In this document: positions 34,395 to 44,275 of the stretch, piece after piece | Numbering within the stretch: position 1 is the stretch's first letter | Layout of the letters: each line of letters begins with the position of its first letter | From: Anolis carolinensis | Lineage: Eukaryota | NCBI RefSeq assembly: GCF_035594765.1 | Contig: NC_085843.1 | Coordinates: forward strand, 227,703,971 to 227,767,970 | Length of the DNA stretch: 64,000 nucleotides | Reading direction: 5' to 3' | Notes under the pieces: model-generated | Told to the model about the DNA's origin: nothing | Seen by the model: only the letters and a program-made list of their open reading frames with translations | Databases searched by the model: none | Translations under genes and position numbers: made by a program

Positions 34395-36828
34395 GCTTCT
34401 ACTAATTCTTAGATTAGATAATGAGCAAACTGCAAAGTAAAGGAACCCTTAGGAACCATGCAATGGGGAAATTCCTGTCATTCGCCAAATGCAAACCAGC
34501 AATCTTTAATGTTTCATCTGTTGCATACAGACTCTTGAGTATTGTCTTGCAAAGACTAAATTAATTAATGAATATTTTAAAAAACATTAGAGAAGAAAGA
34601 AGTTTTGATGGCTACCAATAGAGGCCCACTACTGTGTCAGAACTCCCATAGCGCACTGCTGGATGAGAGAATATATTTTGATTATTTAAAGATAACTAGC
34701 TAATTGGATACCTAGCATGGCTGGAAGTCTTTTGTTAATACATTTTCCAAATGAGTCATAAGTATTTTATTGCATGTTAAAACCTAATTAAAATGTGTCT
34801 ATAAAAGCAGGCTTCTGGTTAAATTCAAAGCTGCGGTGCACACATGATGTTGTGAACTCCAGTAGCCAGAAGGAAAGTAAAACTGTTGCTAACAATGGGA
34901 GTGAGCTGTTGAAGAACCAAGAAAAATCCAGGATCCCCACTCTCCTGGACATTTTTATTTGTAACACACGTGTCAGGGATTGAAGGAAGGAATATGGCTT
35001 GTCTTCATCTGAGAGCACTTCTCTCTAGAAGCTTCTCCACAGACAAGTCCACTGAACACTTCATTCTGGTTTCCTGTTTGGACATACATTGGGTCTGGTG
35101 TGAGGATTCTGACACTTTCCTTGTACAGCTTTTCCAACTGCCCTTATAGCATTGCTATGGCATCCATTGGCTACCATGTGGGAAGAAAGTCTGTAGAGAA
35201 ATTTTATCTGCAAATTCAAATGTTTTCTTCTTTCACTGGATTTTAACCTTCATTTCTTCATTTCATTTGCTGATTTATTCTTTCTATTTGAGTGTTGTTG
35301 GTAATGTCTTGGTAGTGAAGTCTAGGCAATGACACAAAATAGGAGCTTGCATTACATTTCAGTCCAAAGTGGTGAGAAGAAATCTCACTGCACTTCACAT
35401 TTCAGGAGGGGCCCAAATCTCACAGTCCTATCAGTTCTGCCACTAGGAATGAATGAAAACAACTGCTTCAGTGCTGCATGCAATGTCAACATCTACTGAA
35501 GATTTAAGCAAGAAAGCCTCTATCTTCAACACCACAAAGTATATTGTTCTTTGCTCTTCCTTCCGCTCTTCTTCCCTACCTGTCCGTAACTGCTAGAACT
35601 GAGGAAGCAATCATGTGGTCTTCAAGATGTTGTTGGACTAAAAGTCCTAACAGCGCTAACCAAAATAGCAATGAAGAAGAATGTTGGGAGTTGCTGTCCA
35701 AAAATATCTGGAGGGTTGCATGTTTCTCATGTCTGCACATTGCGGGGGGGGGGGGGGGGGGGTAGATCTGGACTATTTAAGTTCAATATGAATTACCATA
35801 TATATTCGAAAATAAGCCGAGTTTTTCAACCCCAAAAAAGGGCTGAAAAAAACCTCCCTCTGCTTATATTGGAGTCAAGGAGCAGTGGAGCCTGGAGGCG
35901 AGGCTTCGAAACCAGCTAGCCTTCGTCTCCATGGAGCGGGGCCGGAGGAGGATAGTGAGTGGTAGCCCCCACGGCAGCGGAGCCCTCAGGCGACGCTCCA
36001 ATGCTTCCACTGCTGTTATCACGGCTCCTCCTCCTCCCCCTAGGCTAGCTGGCTGGCCTTGGAGGACGAGGAAGGGGAGGACAGGCAGAAGTGGCCAGGT
36101 GAAAAAGAGGAGGAGGAGGAGGGGGAGGAGGCAAAGAAGGCCAGGAGGACAGCCAAGAGGAGGAAGGCTGCTGCTGCTGCTTCTCCCCAGTGCTGCTTCT
36201 GCCAGCTCCAGGCTGCGGGCAGGCAGGGGAGGGACTTTAGGAGCAAGCCTGCCATCCTTCTCTTTCTCTCCTTCCTCCTCTTCTTTCAAAGCAGTGGCAC
36301 GGCAGCAGGCTGAGCATTAAACTCTTCATCTCCTTCCTCCTCTTCCAAAGTAAAGGTGGCAGCGCTGCTTTGGAAGGAGAGGAGGACGGAGAGGAAGAGG
36401 AGGATGGCCAACAGGCTTCTAAAGTCTCTCCCTTGCCCGTCCGTCACCAGGAACCAGTGAGTATGGAGGAAGCAGGGCTTCCTTGCACCCTCTATTCACA
36501 AGGAGACCCCAAGGGGAGGCTGCTCTCTCTCCTTCCCCCCTCCGTCCTCACCAAAAGGGACACAAAAGCAGGGAGCCTGCCTCTGCAAACATTCCTCTCT
36601 GTGTGTATATGTGACTTTGCCCAGCTTCCAATCCCAAGGCTATCTTGCACTCCTCTCCTCCTAAGGAGACCTCAAAAGGGGTTGGAGGTGCCAGGCTTCT
36701 TTCTCACCCTCCCCCGTGTATCCCTCACCACACTACTCACCAAAAGGGAACAAAAGGGACTCAGAGCAATTTCCAACGAAAGATGGCAAACATTCGATGC
36801 CAGAATACACCAACAATGAGAATGAAAC

Positions 36829-37112
36829 TGTTAGCAAAGGTAAAATCCTTAGGTTGCAGAGTATTAAAAAATAAAGCTGCAGCAGAAACAAAAGCCCTGA
36901 AGTAATGTGGTCAAACTTAATTTAATACAGAAGCATAATGCAGGAACAAAACAAAACTCAAAGAGAAAAAACACAGCAGAACAGGCAGAGTGCAAAGTGC
37001 AAAGAATATATATATAACAAACACAGCTCCACCTGTATCAAATTGACAAAGCATATTACCTGTTAAAGGTACATGAACAATATAATTTTGTAACATTATA
37101 ATACTTTCAACA
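36829..37112 (-). repeat. copia 3' LTR
   Basis: Identical by eye to 41628-41911; preceded on the minus strand by PPT GTGGAGGAG (37113-37121). Confidence 0.97.
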
Positions 37113-37141
37113 CTCCTCCACAAAATTATATTAGTTCACAT

Positions 37142-40100
37142 TTATAAATTCAATTTCTTACAGAACTCATTATGTTTTTCAAAAGAAAGAGGTTTAGTAA
37201 AAATGTCAGCAACATTTTCAACTGAAGGAATATAATTGAGAACAATTCTTTTGTCTTTAACAAATTGTTGTACATTTGAATATCTGACATTAATATATCT
37301 GGACCTTGTTTTCATATTTTGACAGTTACTCAAAGCGATACAGGTTTGAGAATCAACAAAAACTTGCATTGGCAATTCTAAATCAATGTTAAGACTTTTA
37401 ATTAAAGATTCTAACCATTCTGCTGATGTCAAAGCGTCAGATAAAGCTGAGAACTCAGCTTCTCCAGTACTTAGTGCCACAATTTTCTGTCTTCTACTCT
37501 TCCAACACACTGGTGTATTTGCATATTTTATCACAAAACCAGTAATAGATTTATTTTCCTTTAAATTTGCAAAAGAACTATCACAATGTATTGTTAAAGA
37601 CTCTTTATCATCTGGACAAATTCTGAAAACTTTTTCAGCTGTTTGCTTTAAATATCTCAGAATTCTTTTCACTCCTTCCCAGTCTGTATGTGAGGGATTT
37701 TGAATCCTTTGACTTAGAATACCAACAGCAAAAGAAATATCAGGCCTTGTGTTATTTGCAATATACAATAAAGAACCAATAACTGAACGATAAATGAAAT
37801 TATTATCGAACACTTCTCCATCTACATGTTGTAAAAACTGAAGTGCCATGGGTGTATTTACAGTGTTTGCATTTTCCATTCTTGTTCTTCTCAAAAGATC
37901 ATAAATCTTGTCAGTTTGGTTTAACTCAAAACCTCCTTCATTTCTAACAATATTTATGCCAAGATATTTATTAACATCTCCAAGATTTTTGATTTTCAAT
38001 TCTTTGTTCAAACTCCGAAATACTTCCTGAATTTGTTCCTCAGAACCAATGCATAACACATCATCCACATATATTACAACAAACATTTGTGTGTCTCCAC
38101 TTCCTTTTGAGTACAAACAAGGATCAAATTTGTTAGCAACAAAATCCAATTTTGTTAACACTTTGTCCAAATGTAAATTCCAGTTACGCGCACTCTGCTT
38201 GAGACCATAAAGACTTTTCTGAAGAAGATAAGACCCTTCAGGAAGGTCAGTTTCAAAACCTGGGATAGCAGATATATAAACTTTCTCCTCCAAGTTTGCA
38301 TGAAGATATGCAGTGTTCACATCAAAATGTTTAACTTTTAAATTCCTATTGCTAGCTATTGCAAGGGATATTCTTAATGCTTCCCCAGACACTGTGGGGC
38401 TAAATATTTCATTAAAATTTTCTCCATATATCTGTTCAAAGCCTCTGGCAACTAATCTGGCCTTATACAAAAAACCACCATCCTTGGTTTGTTTACGTCT
38501 ATAAACCCAACGACAACTTAGAACTTTTACATTGTCAGGTGTTTCAGACTTCACCATGACCTGCAAATCTTTCAAAGAATCAAATTCACTTTGCATTGCT
38601 TTTAACCAAAAATTTCTCTCGGTTTCATCTCTTTTCAACATCTCTTTATAACTATGAGGTTCAGACCAGTCATGTTCCTGTATTTTCACAGCTTCACAAT
38701 GGTACCTCTTTGGAGGAATACCCTTGTTTTTCCTAGAACTGCGTCTAGGAATAGTCCTAGTACTATCTCCTCCATTAGTCTCATCACTCTCAGAACTACT
38801 AGAGCTAGTACTTTCTGAACTATAAACTTCAGCTTTTCTCTTTTGAGATTCACTTTGTTTAATCACAGGACTACTAACTTGTAACTGACTAGTAGTAGAT
38901 CCTTGCTCCACTCGCACTTGTGTTCCCAACTGTGTATCTTGGGAAGTGCTTGGTTGTATATTTTGCTGTGCAGTCTGTTGTGAAACTTGTTGTGTAGTTG
39001 GCTGTGTGACTTGAGGTGTGTGCATTTGAGCAGTTTCAAAAGGCACAAACACTTCCTTATTTGAATGTATCCTTTCCCAACCACTATATTGTTGGAACTT
39101 CACATTTCTAGACACAATCACTCGATTGTCACCACACCAAAACCTCCAACCTTTTGATTCAGATGCAGGGCCAAGATATTTCAATTTCTTCCAGATAGCA
39201 TCCTTTTTATGTCTTTGTTGAGAAGGAATTATGACAAATGAGTCACTTCCAAAAACTCTGATTGAACTCAAATCAGGAATTTTCCCAAAAAACAATACAT
39301 AAGGAATACTATTAACACTTCTACAAAACGAACGATTGAGCACATAAGTAGCGTTTGCCACGGCTTCAGCCCACAATCCATCAGATAAACTAGCATCTCT
39401 TAGCATTTTTCTAGCCACAACCTTTACAACGCCTATCCACCTTTCTGCAACACCATTTTCACTGGGTGAGTAAGGATTTGTTAACCTGTGGACTATACCA
39501 AACTTTTTAAACAAATTCTGCATTTGTTTGGACATAAACTCAGCACCACGATCACTCTGAAAAGCTTTTACCGGGTACTTAGGAAACTGTGTCTTCATTA
39601 ACTTCAGCCAAACAGAAAGTTTTTGAAAAACTTCACCTTTAGTCTTTAGAAAGAAGGTGAATTTCAGCCTTGAAAAATCATCTACCAAAATCAAAAAATA
39701 TTTTGACCCTCCTACAGAAGTAGGATGAGGACCAGATATGTCAATATGAACAAGCTCTAAGATCCTTTTTGAAACTCTAGTACTGTATTTTGCAATAGGA
39801 GCTTTCTTAAGATTTTCTGATGCACAAATTTCACAATCTAGAAAATTCTTACATCCTTGAATAGGAATTTCACACAACTCAGCTGTCTGCCTTAGATACT
39901 GCCATGACAAATGACCCATTTTTCTATGAAATTCATGAATACATTTGCTATGTAATGGCCTGGGATTATCAGGTATCTGGTTAATGCAAGCAGACATATT
40001 AGCATTATCAGATGACTTTAAAATAAAAAATCCCTTTTCTTGTATCAGTTTCACTTCGTTACCTTGAGGATCAACCAGCATAGACTTTTCTTTCTTTAAA

Positions 40101-40618
40101 GACACCTCAAAACCTTCATCCAAAAGTATGTTGGCACTGAGAATATTATACACAATTTCTTTTACATAGTACACATTCTCAAAAGTACATTTCAGACGAT
40201 CAACATAAAGATCACCACAAGAAATTACTTGTACTTTTCTATCATCTGCCAAAGAAATAAAATTTATATCAGAGTCTCTCACATTTGATAACAGTTCCTT
40301 ACACTTTACCAAATGTTGAGAACAGCCCGAGTCAATGATGAAAGAGTTCATGGTATCCATTTTAGAAGTCACCAGGAAAGCATGCTGAAAATCCTTTGAA
40401 GAACTAGGTCTCTCCACCTGCTTATTTTTCCATTGTCCTGGATTCTGCCAGCAATTCTTAGCATAATGCCCTTTCTTTTTGCATTTATAGCATACAACTT
40501 GTGATTTTGGCTTAGCAACACAAGCAGTGTCTTTACAAGCAGTGTCCTTAGAAACAGTTCCCAGATTCTTCTGTATAGAATCAACACTTCTCAATTTACT
40601 TTGAGCTTCAAATTCCAT
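37142..40618 (-). CDS. pol: copia Gag C-terminus/Pol polyprotein (Zn knuckle, protease, integrase, RT, RNase H)
   Basis: CYKCKKKGHYAKNC; IIDSGCSQH; HRKMGH..CEIC; VHIDISGP..SDRGAEF..NGVAER; YKARLVARGF; YVDD; HCDSSFA..EAEF..ADIFTKPL; 1158 codons open. Confidence 0.96.
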   Translation of the reverse strand: MEFEAQSKLRSVDSIQKNLGTVSKDTACKDTACVAKPKSQVVCYKCKKKGHYAKNCWQNPGQWKNKQVERPSSSKDFQHAFLVTSKMDTMNSFIIDSGCSQHLVKCKELLSNVRDSDINFISLADDRKVQVISCGDLYVDRLKCTFENVYYVKEIVYNILSANILLDEGFEVSLKKEKSMLVDPQGNEVKLIQEKGFFILKSSDNANMSACINQIPDNPRPLHSKCIHEFHRKMGHLSWQYLRQTAELCEIPIQGCKNFLDCEICASENLKKAPIAKYSTRVSKRILELVHIDISGPHPTSVGGSKYFLILVDDFSRLKFTFFLKTKGEVFQKLSVWLKLMKTQFPKYPVKAFQSDRGAEFMSKQMQNLFKKFGIVHRLTNPYSPSENGVAERWIGVVKVVARKMLRDASLSDGLWAEAVANATYVLNRSFCRSVNSIPYVLFFGKIPDLSSIRVFGSDSFVIIPSQQRHKKDAIWKKLKYLGPASESKGWRFWCGDNRVIVSRNVKFQQYSGWERIHSNKEVFVPFETAQMHTPQVTQPTTQQVSQQTAQQNIQPSTSQDTQLGTQVRVEQGSTTSQLQVSSPVIKQSESQKRKAEVYSSESTSSSSSESDETNGGDSTRTIPRRSSRKNKGIPPKRYHCEAVKIQEHDWSEPHSYKEMLKRDETERNFWLKAMQSEFDSLKDLQVMVKSETPDNVKVLSCRWVYRRKQTKDGGFLYKARLVARGFEQIYGENFNEIFSPTVSGEALRISLAIASNRNLKVKHFDVNTAYLHANLEEKVYISAIPGFETDLPEGSYLLQKSLYGLKQSARNWNLHLDKVLTKLDFVANKFDPCLYSKGSGDTQMFVVIYVDDVLCIGSEEQIQEVFRSLNKELKIKNLGDVNKYLGINIVRNEGGFELNQTDKIYDLLRRTRMENANTVNTPMALQFLQHVDGEVFDNNFIYRSVIGSLLYIANNTRPDISFAVGILSQRIQNPSHTDWEGVKRILRYLKQTAEKVFRICPDDKESLTIHCDSSFANLKENKSITGFVIKYANTPVCWKSRRQKIVALSTGEAEFSALSDALTSAEWLESLIKSLNIDLELPMQVFVDSQTCIALSNCQNMKTRSRYINVRYSNVQQFVKDKRIVLNYIPSVENVADIFTKPLSFEKHNEFCKKLNL

Positions 40619-41157
40619 TTTTTCCCCGAAATAAACGGTATCGTGAGATCCGTGTCTGGAATTCCATGAAGAGAGTCAATAAATGCATAATAAGAGCGAG
40701 ATAAAGACCCCATTAAAATTAATGCTTGTTGCTCAGGAGGAAAAATAATATCTCTTGCTCTCAATTCCGAAAAAAGAGCCACAACTTTTGTAATGTGAGA
40801 TTGAACTGGAGTGCCTTCCTCATGTTTGAGGTTCAACAGCTGGCGCATAAGAATTATCTTTGAGCCACTTGATTGTCTTTGGAACATATCTTTAAACAAA
40901 TTCCATGCAGTTTGTGCATGAGGAATATTATGAAGGTGAACCAACAAAGAATCCGTCACAGACAACTGAAGCAGCGCCAATGCTCTTTCATCTTGGTGTT
41001 GCTCAGCAGGAGTTAATTGAGCTGGCAAATTCTCAATTATTTTCCATAAATTCTGAGAAACCAGATAAGCTTTAAATCTTATACTCCAACTCAGCCAATT
41101 CTTATCATTCAGTCTCTCAAACGGGAGTGAACTCACTTGAACAGGCGGCAAGGCCAT
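40591..41157 (-). CDS. gag: copia Gag N-terminal (capsid) part, out of frame with the downstream ORF
   Basis: ERLNDKNWLSWSIRFKAYLVSQNLW...AQTAWNLFKDMF...LMRQLLNLK is a typical copia Gag; the frame breaks at GGGGAAAAAATGG. Confidence 0.9.
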   Translation of the reverse strand: MALPPVQVSSLPFERLNDKNWLSWSIRFKAYLVSQNLWKIIENLPAQLTPAEQHQDERALALLQLSVTDSLLVHLHNIPHAQTAWNLFKDMFQRQSSGSKIILMRQLLNLKHEEGTPVQSHITKVVALFSELRARDIIFPPEQQALILMGSLSRSYYAFIDSLHGIPDTDLTIPFISGKKWNLKLKVN

Positions 41158-41613
41158 TGTGTTCTTTTACTTTAAAGCTCCAAAGTTCCAAAAAAAAAAA
41201 TTCAGACCAGCCAGTCTATACTCACTCCTCCATGAAATTACTGGTTTCTTCCAAACTTCGCTGTATTTCTTTGGAATACAAGCAGGGTCTGACTCACAGA
41301 CTTTTAGTTTCTTCTTTCAGCTTCCAAAATATTTACTGAAGAGAAAACCTTCCATGCAAGGCATAAAAGGAAAGCAACAAAAAATTGGCCCTAGTTGCAC
41401 AAGCATGTAGAAGGCAAACCAAACAAACACTTCACCATAGCAGGCTATAAATCTTCTTCATGCCTCCAGGTCTCTCCCAAGGTTCAGCATTCAGCAGCAA
41501 ACTGCCGCTTTTAAACTTCGCTGCTCTTCAAAACAGCAGGAGCAAAAAAAACCTTTTCAAACCACATACTTCAAAATAAAACATCAGCACAAACACATTG
41601 GCTTTGTAGTTTT

Positions 41614-41627
41614 CTGGGCCCATAACC
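41614..41627 (-). promoter_or_regulatory. primer-binding site complementary to the internal anticodon arm of initiator tRNA-Met
   Basis: GGTTATGGGCCCAG immediately after the 5' LTR is the complement of CUGGGCCCAUAACC in eukaryotic tRNAiMet. Confidence 0.92.
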
Positions 41628-41911
41628 TGTTAGCAAAGGTAAAATCCTTAGGTTGCAGAGTATTAAAAAATAAAGCTGCAGCAGAAACAAAAGCCCTGAA
41701 GTAATGTGGTCAAACTTAATTTAATACAGAAGCATAATGCAGGAACAAAACAAAACTCAAAGAGAAAAAACACAGCAGAACAGGCAGAGTGCAAAGTGCA
41801 AAGAATATATATATAACAAACACAGCTCCACCTGTATCAAATTGACAAAGCATATTACCTGTTAAAGGTACATGAACAATATAATTTTGTAACATTATAA
41901 TACTTTCAACA
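41628..41911 (-). repeat. copia 5' LTR
   Basis: Identical to 36829-37112 and adjacent to the PBS. Confidence 0.97.
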
Positions 41912-42317
41912 GAAACAACCCCCCAGATCCACAAAAACAATTCAAAACTGGGTTGCTGTGAGTTTTCCACCAATATTAAAGTGTGTGTGTGCGCGTGCGC
42001 GCACCCACGCGCGTGCATGTGTCAGAGATCTCGGCGAGTTGTGAGCCTTCCTCACACATCTTCCTACCCCATTAGCCTTTTTCCTTCCCTCCCTGGATCA
42101 GACTGAACCACACAAACAAACTTGCAGGTTTTCTCCTTTGATAGGACAATGAATCCCCCTCCCTCCCTGAAAATAATAATAAAAAGAGGACAAAAGCGGA
42201 TCTCTATGTGTATATTATGTGTTTGGAGGAGGGAGAGATCTCTGCGAAAGAGGTGGGGGAGAGAGAGAAACGGGGATTTTGCAAAGGGAGCCTGGAAAGC
42301 AGCGGATCCATTGCTAT

Positions 42318-42818
42318 GGGCCGGGCTGTGGTGCAGCTGGTCAAGTAGCCAGCTGCAATAAATCACTCTGACCAAAAGGTCATGAGTTCGAGGCCAGCCC
42401 ATGCCCGGGTGAGCACCCGACAATTAAAATTAAAAATAGCCCATGCTCGTTGTTGACCTAAACAACCAAAAGATAGTTGCATCTATCAAGTAGGAATTTA
42501 GGTACCACTCTGCGGGGAGGCAAATTTAACTAATTTACAACACCAAAAAAATCATCCAGCTCCTATTTGGAATGAGGAAGTATCCATCAAGATGCCACAG
42601 TGGATGATGAAGCAGCTGCTCCTCCTGTGGCCGGAATCAAGCATCCCCTCAGGAAGCTGGAAGCTGGAGAATGTTAAATCGTCTCTGTGTCTCTGTCTCT
42701 GTCTCTATGTTCATATGGCATTGAATGTTTGCCATTATATGTGCACATTGTGATCTGCCCTGAGTCCCCTTTGGGGTGAGAAGGGTGGAATATAAATACT
42801 GTAAATAAATAAATAAAT
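42318..42818 (+). mobile_element. tRNA-headed SINE with L2-type tail (long form)
   Basis: GGGCCGGGCTGTGGTGCAGCTGG (A box), GAGTTCGAGGCC (B box), tail GCCCTGAGTCCCCTTTGGGGTGAGAAGGG...(TAAA)n; shorter relative at 58589-58834. Confidence 0.85.
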
Positions 42819-43177
42819 TTGAGGGAAGGGGCAGCTTATGTGCTGCTCTTGCTGCTTCTGGGTCTCTCTGTGCGAAAGGGAATCGTTGGGAGGAGGAGAG
42901 AAAGAAGCCAAAGGGGACGTGTTTGTGAGTGCTTCCTTTGCCCAGTCTTTGTGGTCCCTTCCCAATCCTTGATCTCTTCAGATAAAGCAAAAGGAGAGCC
43001 CCCCTTCTCTCCTCTTCCCTCCCAGAGAGGGGAGCAGCTGGAAAACAGCGAGAAAGAAGAGAGCAGGGCAGGCTTGAGGTTGCATGGCGGGATTCCTTGC
43101 CTTTAAAGCACAGTGTAAAACCTGCAAGGATGTCCACTCAGTTTGAGTGCAGTTCAGTCTGAGCCAGGGAAGGCTGG

Positions 43178-43632
43178 GAAAGAACTCTTGTCTGCTTGAG
43201 GTACATGTGACTGTTGCAATTGGCCACCTTGATTAGCATTGAATGGGCTTGCAGCTTCAAAGCCTAGCTGGTAGCTGCCTGAGGGAATCCTTTGTTGGGA
43301 GGTGTTAGGTAACACCATCCAACAAAGGATTCCCCAGGCAGCTACCAGCCAGGCCTTGAAACTGCGGGCCATAAAATGCTAATCAAGGTGGCAAACTGCA
43401 ACATTCACAGTACCTCAAGCAGACAAGAGTTCTTTCTCCCACCCTGGACATTCCACAGATAAATAAATCTAACTTACTGATTGATTCTTGTCTGGAATTC
43501 CCCTGGTTTTTGAGTCTTGCTCTTTATTTACTGTTCTGATTTTAGAGTTTTTCAAATACTGGTAGTCAGATTTTGTTCATTTTCATGGTTTCCTCCTTTC
43601 TGTTAAAATTATCCGCATGCTTGTGGATTTCA
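43178..43632. mobile_element. Penelope-like fragments: ~260-bp fold-back (43178-43436) plus ORF C-terminus on the minus strand
   Basis: Inverted arms centred at about 43308; minus-strand EIHKHADNFNRKEETMKMNKI resembles the end of a Penelope GIY-YIG endonuclease. Confidence 0.75.
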
Positions 43633-43669
43633 AGAGAAATCAAGAGAAGGCATGCTCCATGGAGGTAAG

Positions 43670-43767
43670 AGAGTAGGAAGAGATCCAAAAAGGCCATGTA
43701 GTCCAACACCCGCCTGCTCCAATGCAGGAAAAGTACAATAAGAGCCCAAACAAGTGGCAACCCAGCC

Positions 43768-43836
<69 letters not shown>

Positions 43837-44040
43837 GTAGGAAGAGACCCTCAAAGGCCATGCAATTCAACCCCTCCTGCTCCCATGCAGGAAAAGCACA
43901 ATAAAAGCCCCAACAAGTGGCAACCCAGCTATCAACAACAATAATATGTAGGAAGAAACCCCCAAAGGCCATATAGTCCAACCTCCTCCTGCTTTCATGC
44001 AGAAGCACCACAATAAAAGCCCCCAAAAGTGCCAGCCTCT
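43670..44040 (-). repeat. three tandem diverged copies of a CR1-like 3' terminus separated by (AAT)n
   Basis: GTAGGAAGA...AAAGGCCAT..A.TCCAAC.C..CCTGCT..ATGCAG.A.AGCACAATAAAAGCCCC at about 43672, 43837 and 43948. Confidence 0.7.
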
Positions 44041-44044
44041 GATA

Positions 44045-44275
44045 ATGCACTTCATTTTTTCTGCCTAAGTGGAGTATCTTGCATTAGTCCTTGTTGAACT
44101 TCCTTTTGTTGGATTTGGCCCATCTCTCTAATCTGTTAAGATCATTTTGAGTTCTGCTCCCGTCTTCTGGAGTCTTAGCTATCCTTCTCAATTTGGTGTC
44201 ATCTGCAAACTTGATGATCATGCCTTCTCACCCTTCATCTAAGGCAATAATAAAGATGTTGTACAGAACTGGCTC
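44045..44275 (-). mobile_element. CR1 reverse-transcriptase fragment
   Basis: Minus strand translates to MIIKFADDTKLRRIAKTPEDGSRTQNDLNRLERWA (CR1 KFADDTKL motif). Confidence 0.85.

Larger units (their letters stand above)
36829..41911 (-). mobile_element. complete Ty1/copia LTR retrotransposon (5083 bp)
   Basis: Identical 284-bp TG...CA LTRs; 5-bp TSD GAAAC (36824-36828 and 41912-41916); PBS; PPT; domain order PR-IN-RT-RH. Confidence 0.98.

Noticed and set aside
35864-36905. Arg/Glu/Ser-rich ORFs resembling a low-complexity protein exon
   Set aside because: Open in several frames on both strands because of GAG/CTC-rich composition; located inside TIR-bounded cargo; no splice or domain support.
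36829-41911. Copia as insect or plant contamination
   Set aside because: It has a perfect TSD and is embedded in continuous lizard-type repeat sequence on both sides.
42318-42400. tRNA-like A/B boxes here and at 45646, 9174 and 58834
   Set aside because: These are SINE heads; no complete cloverleaf.
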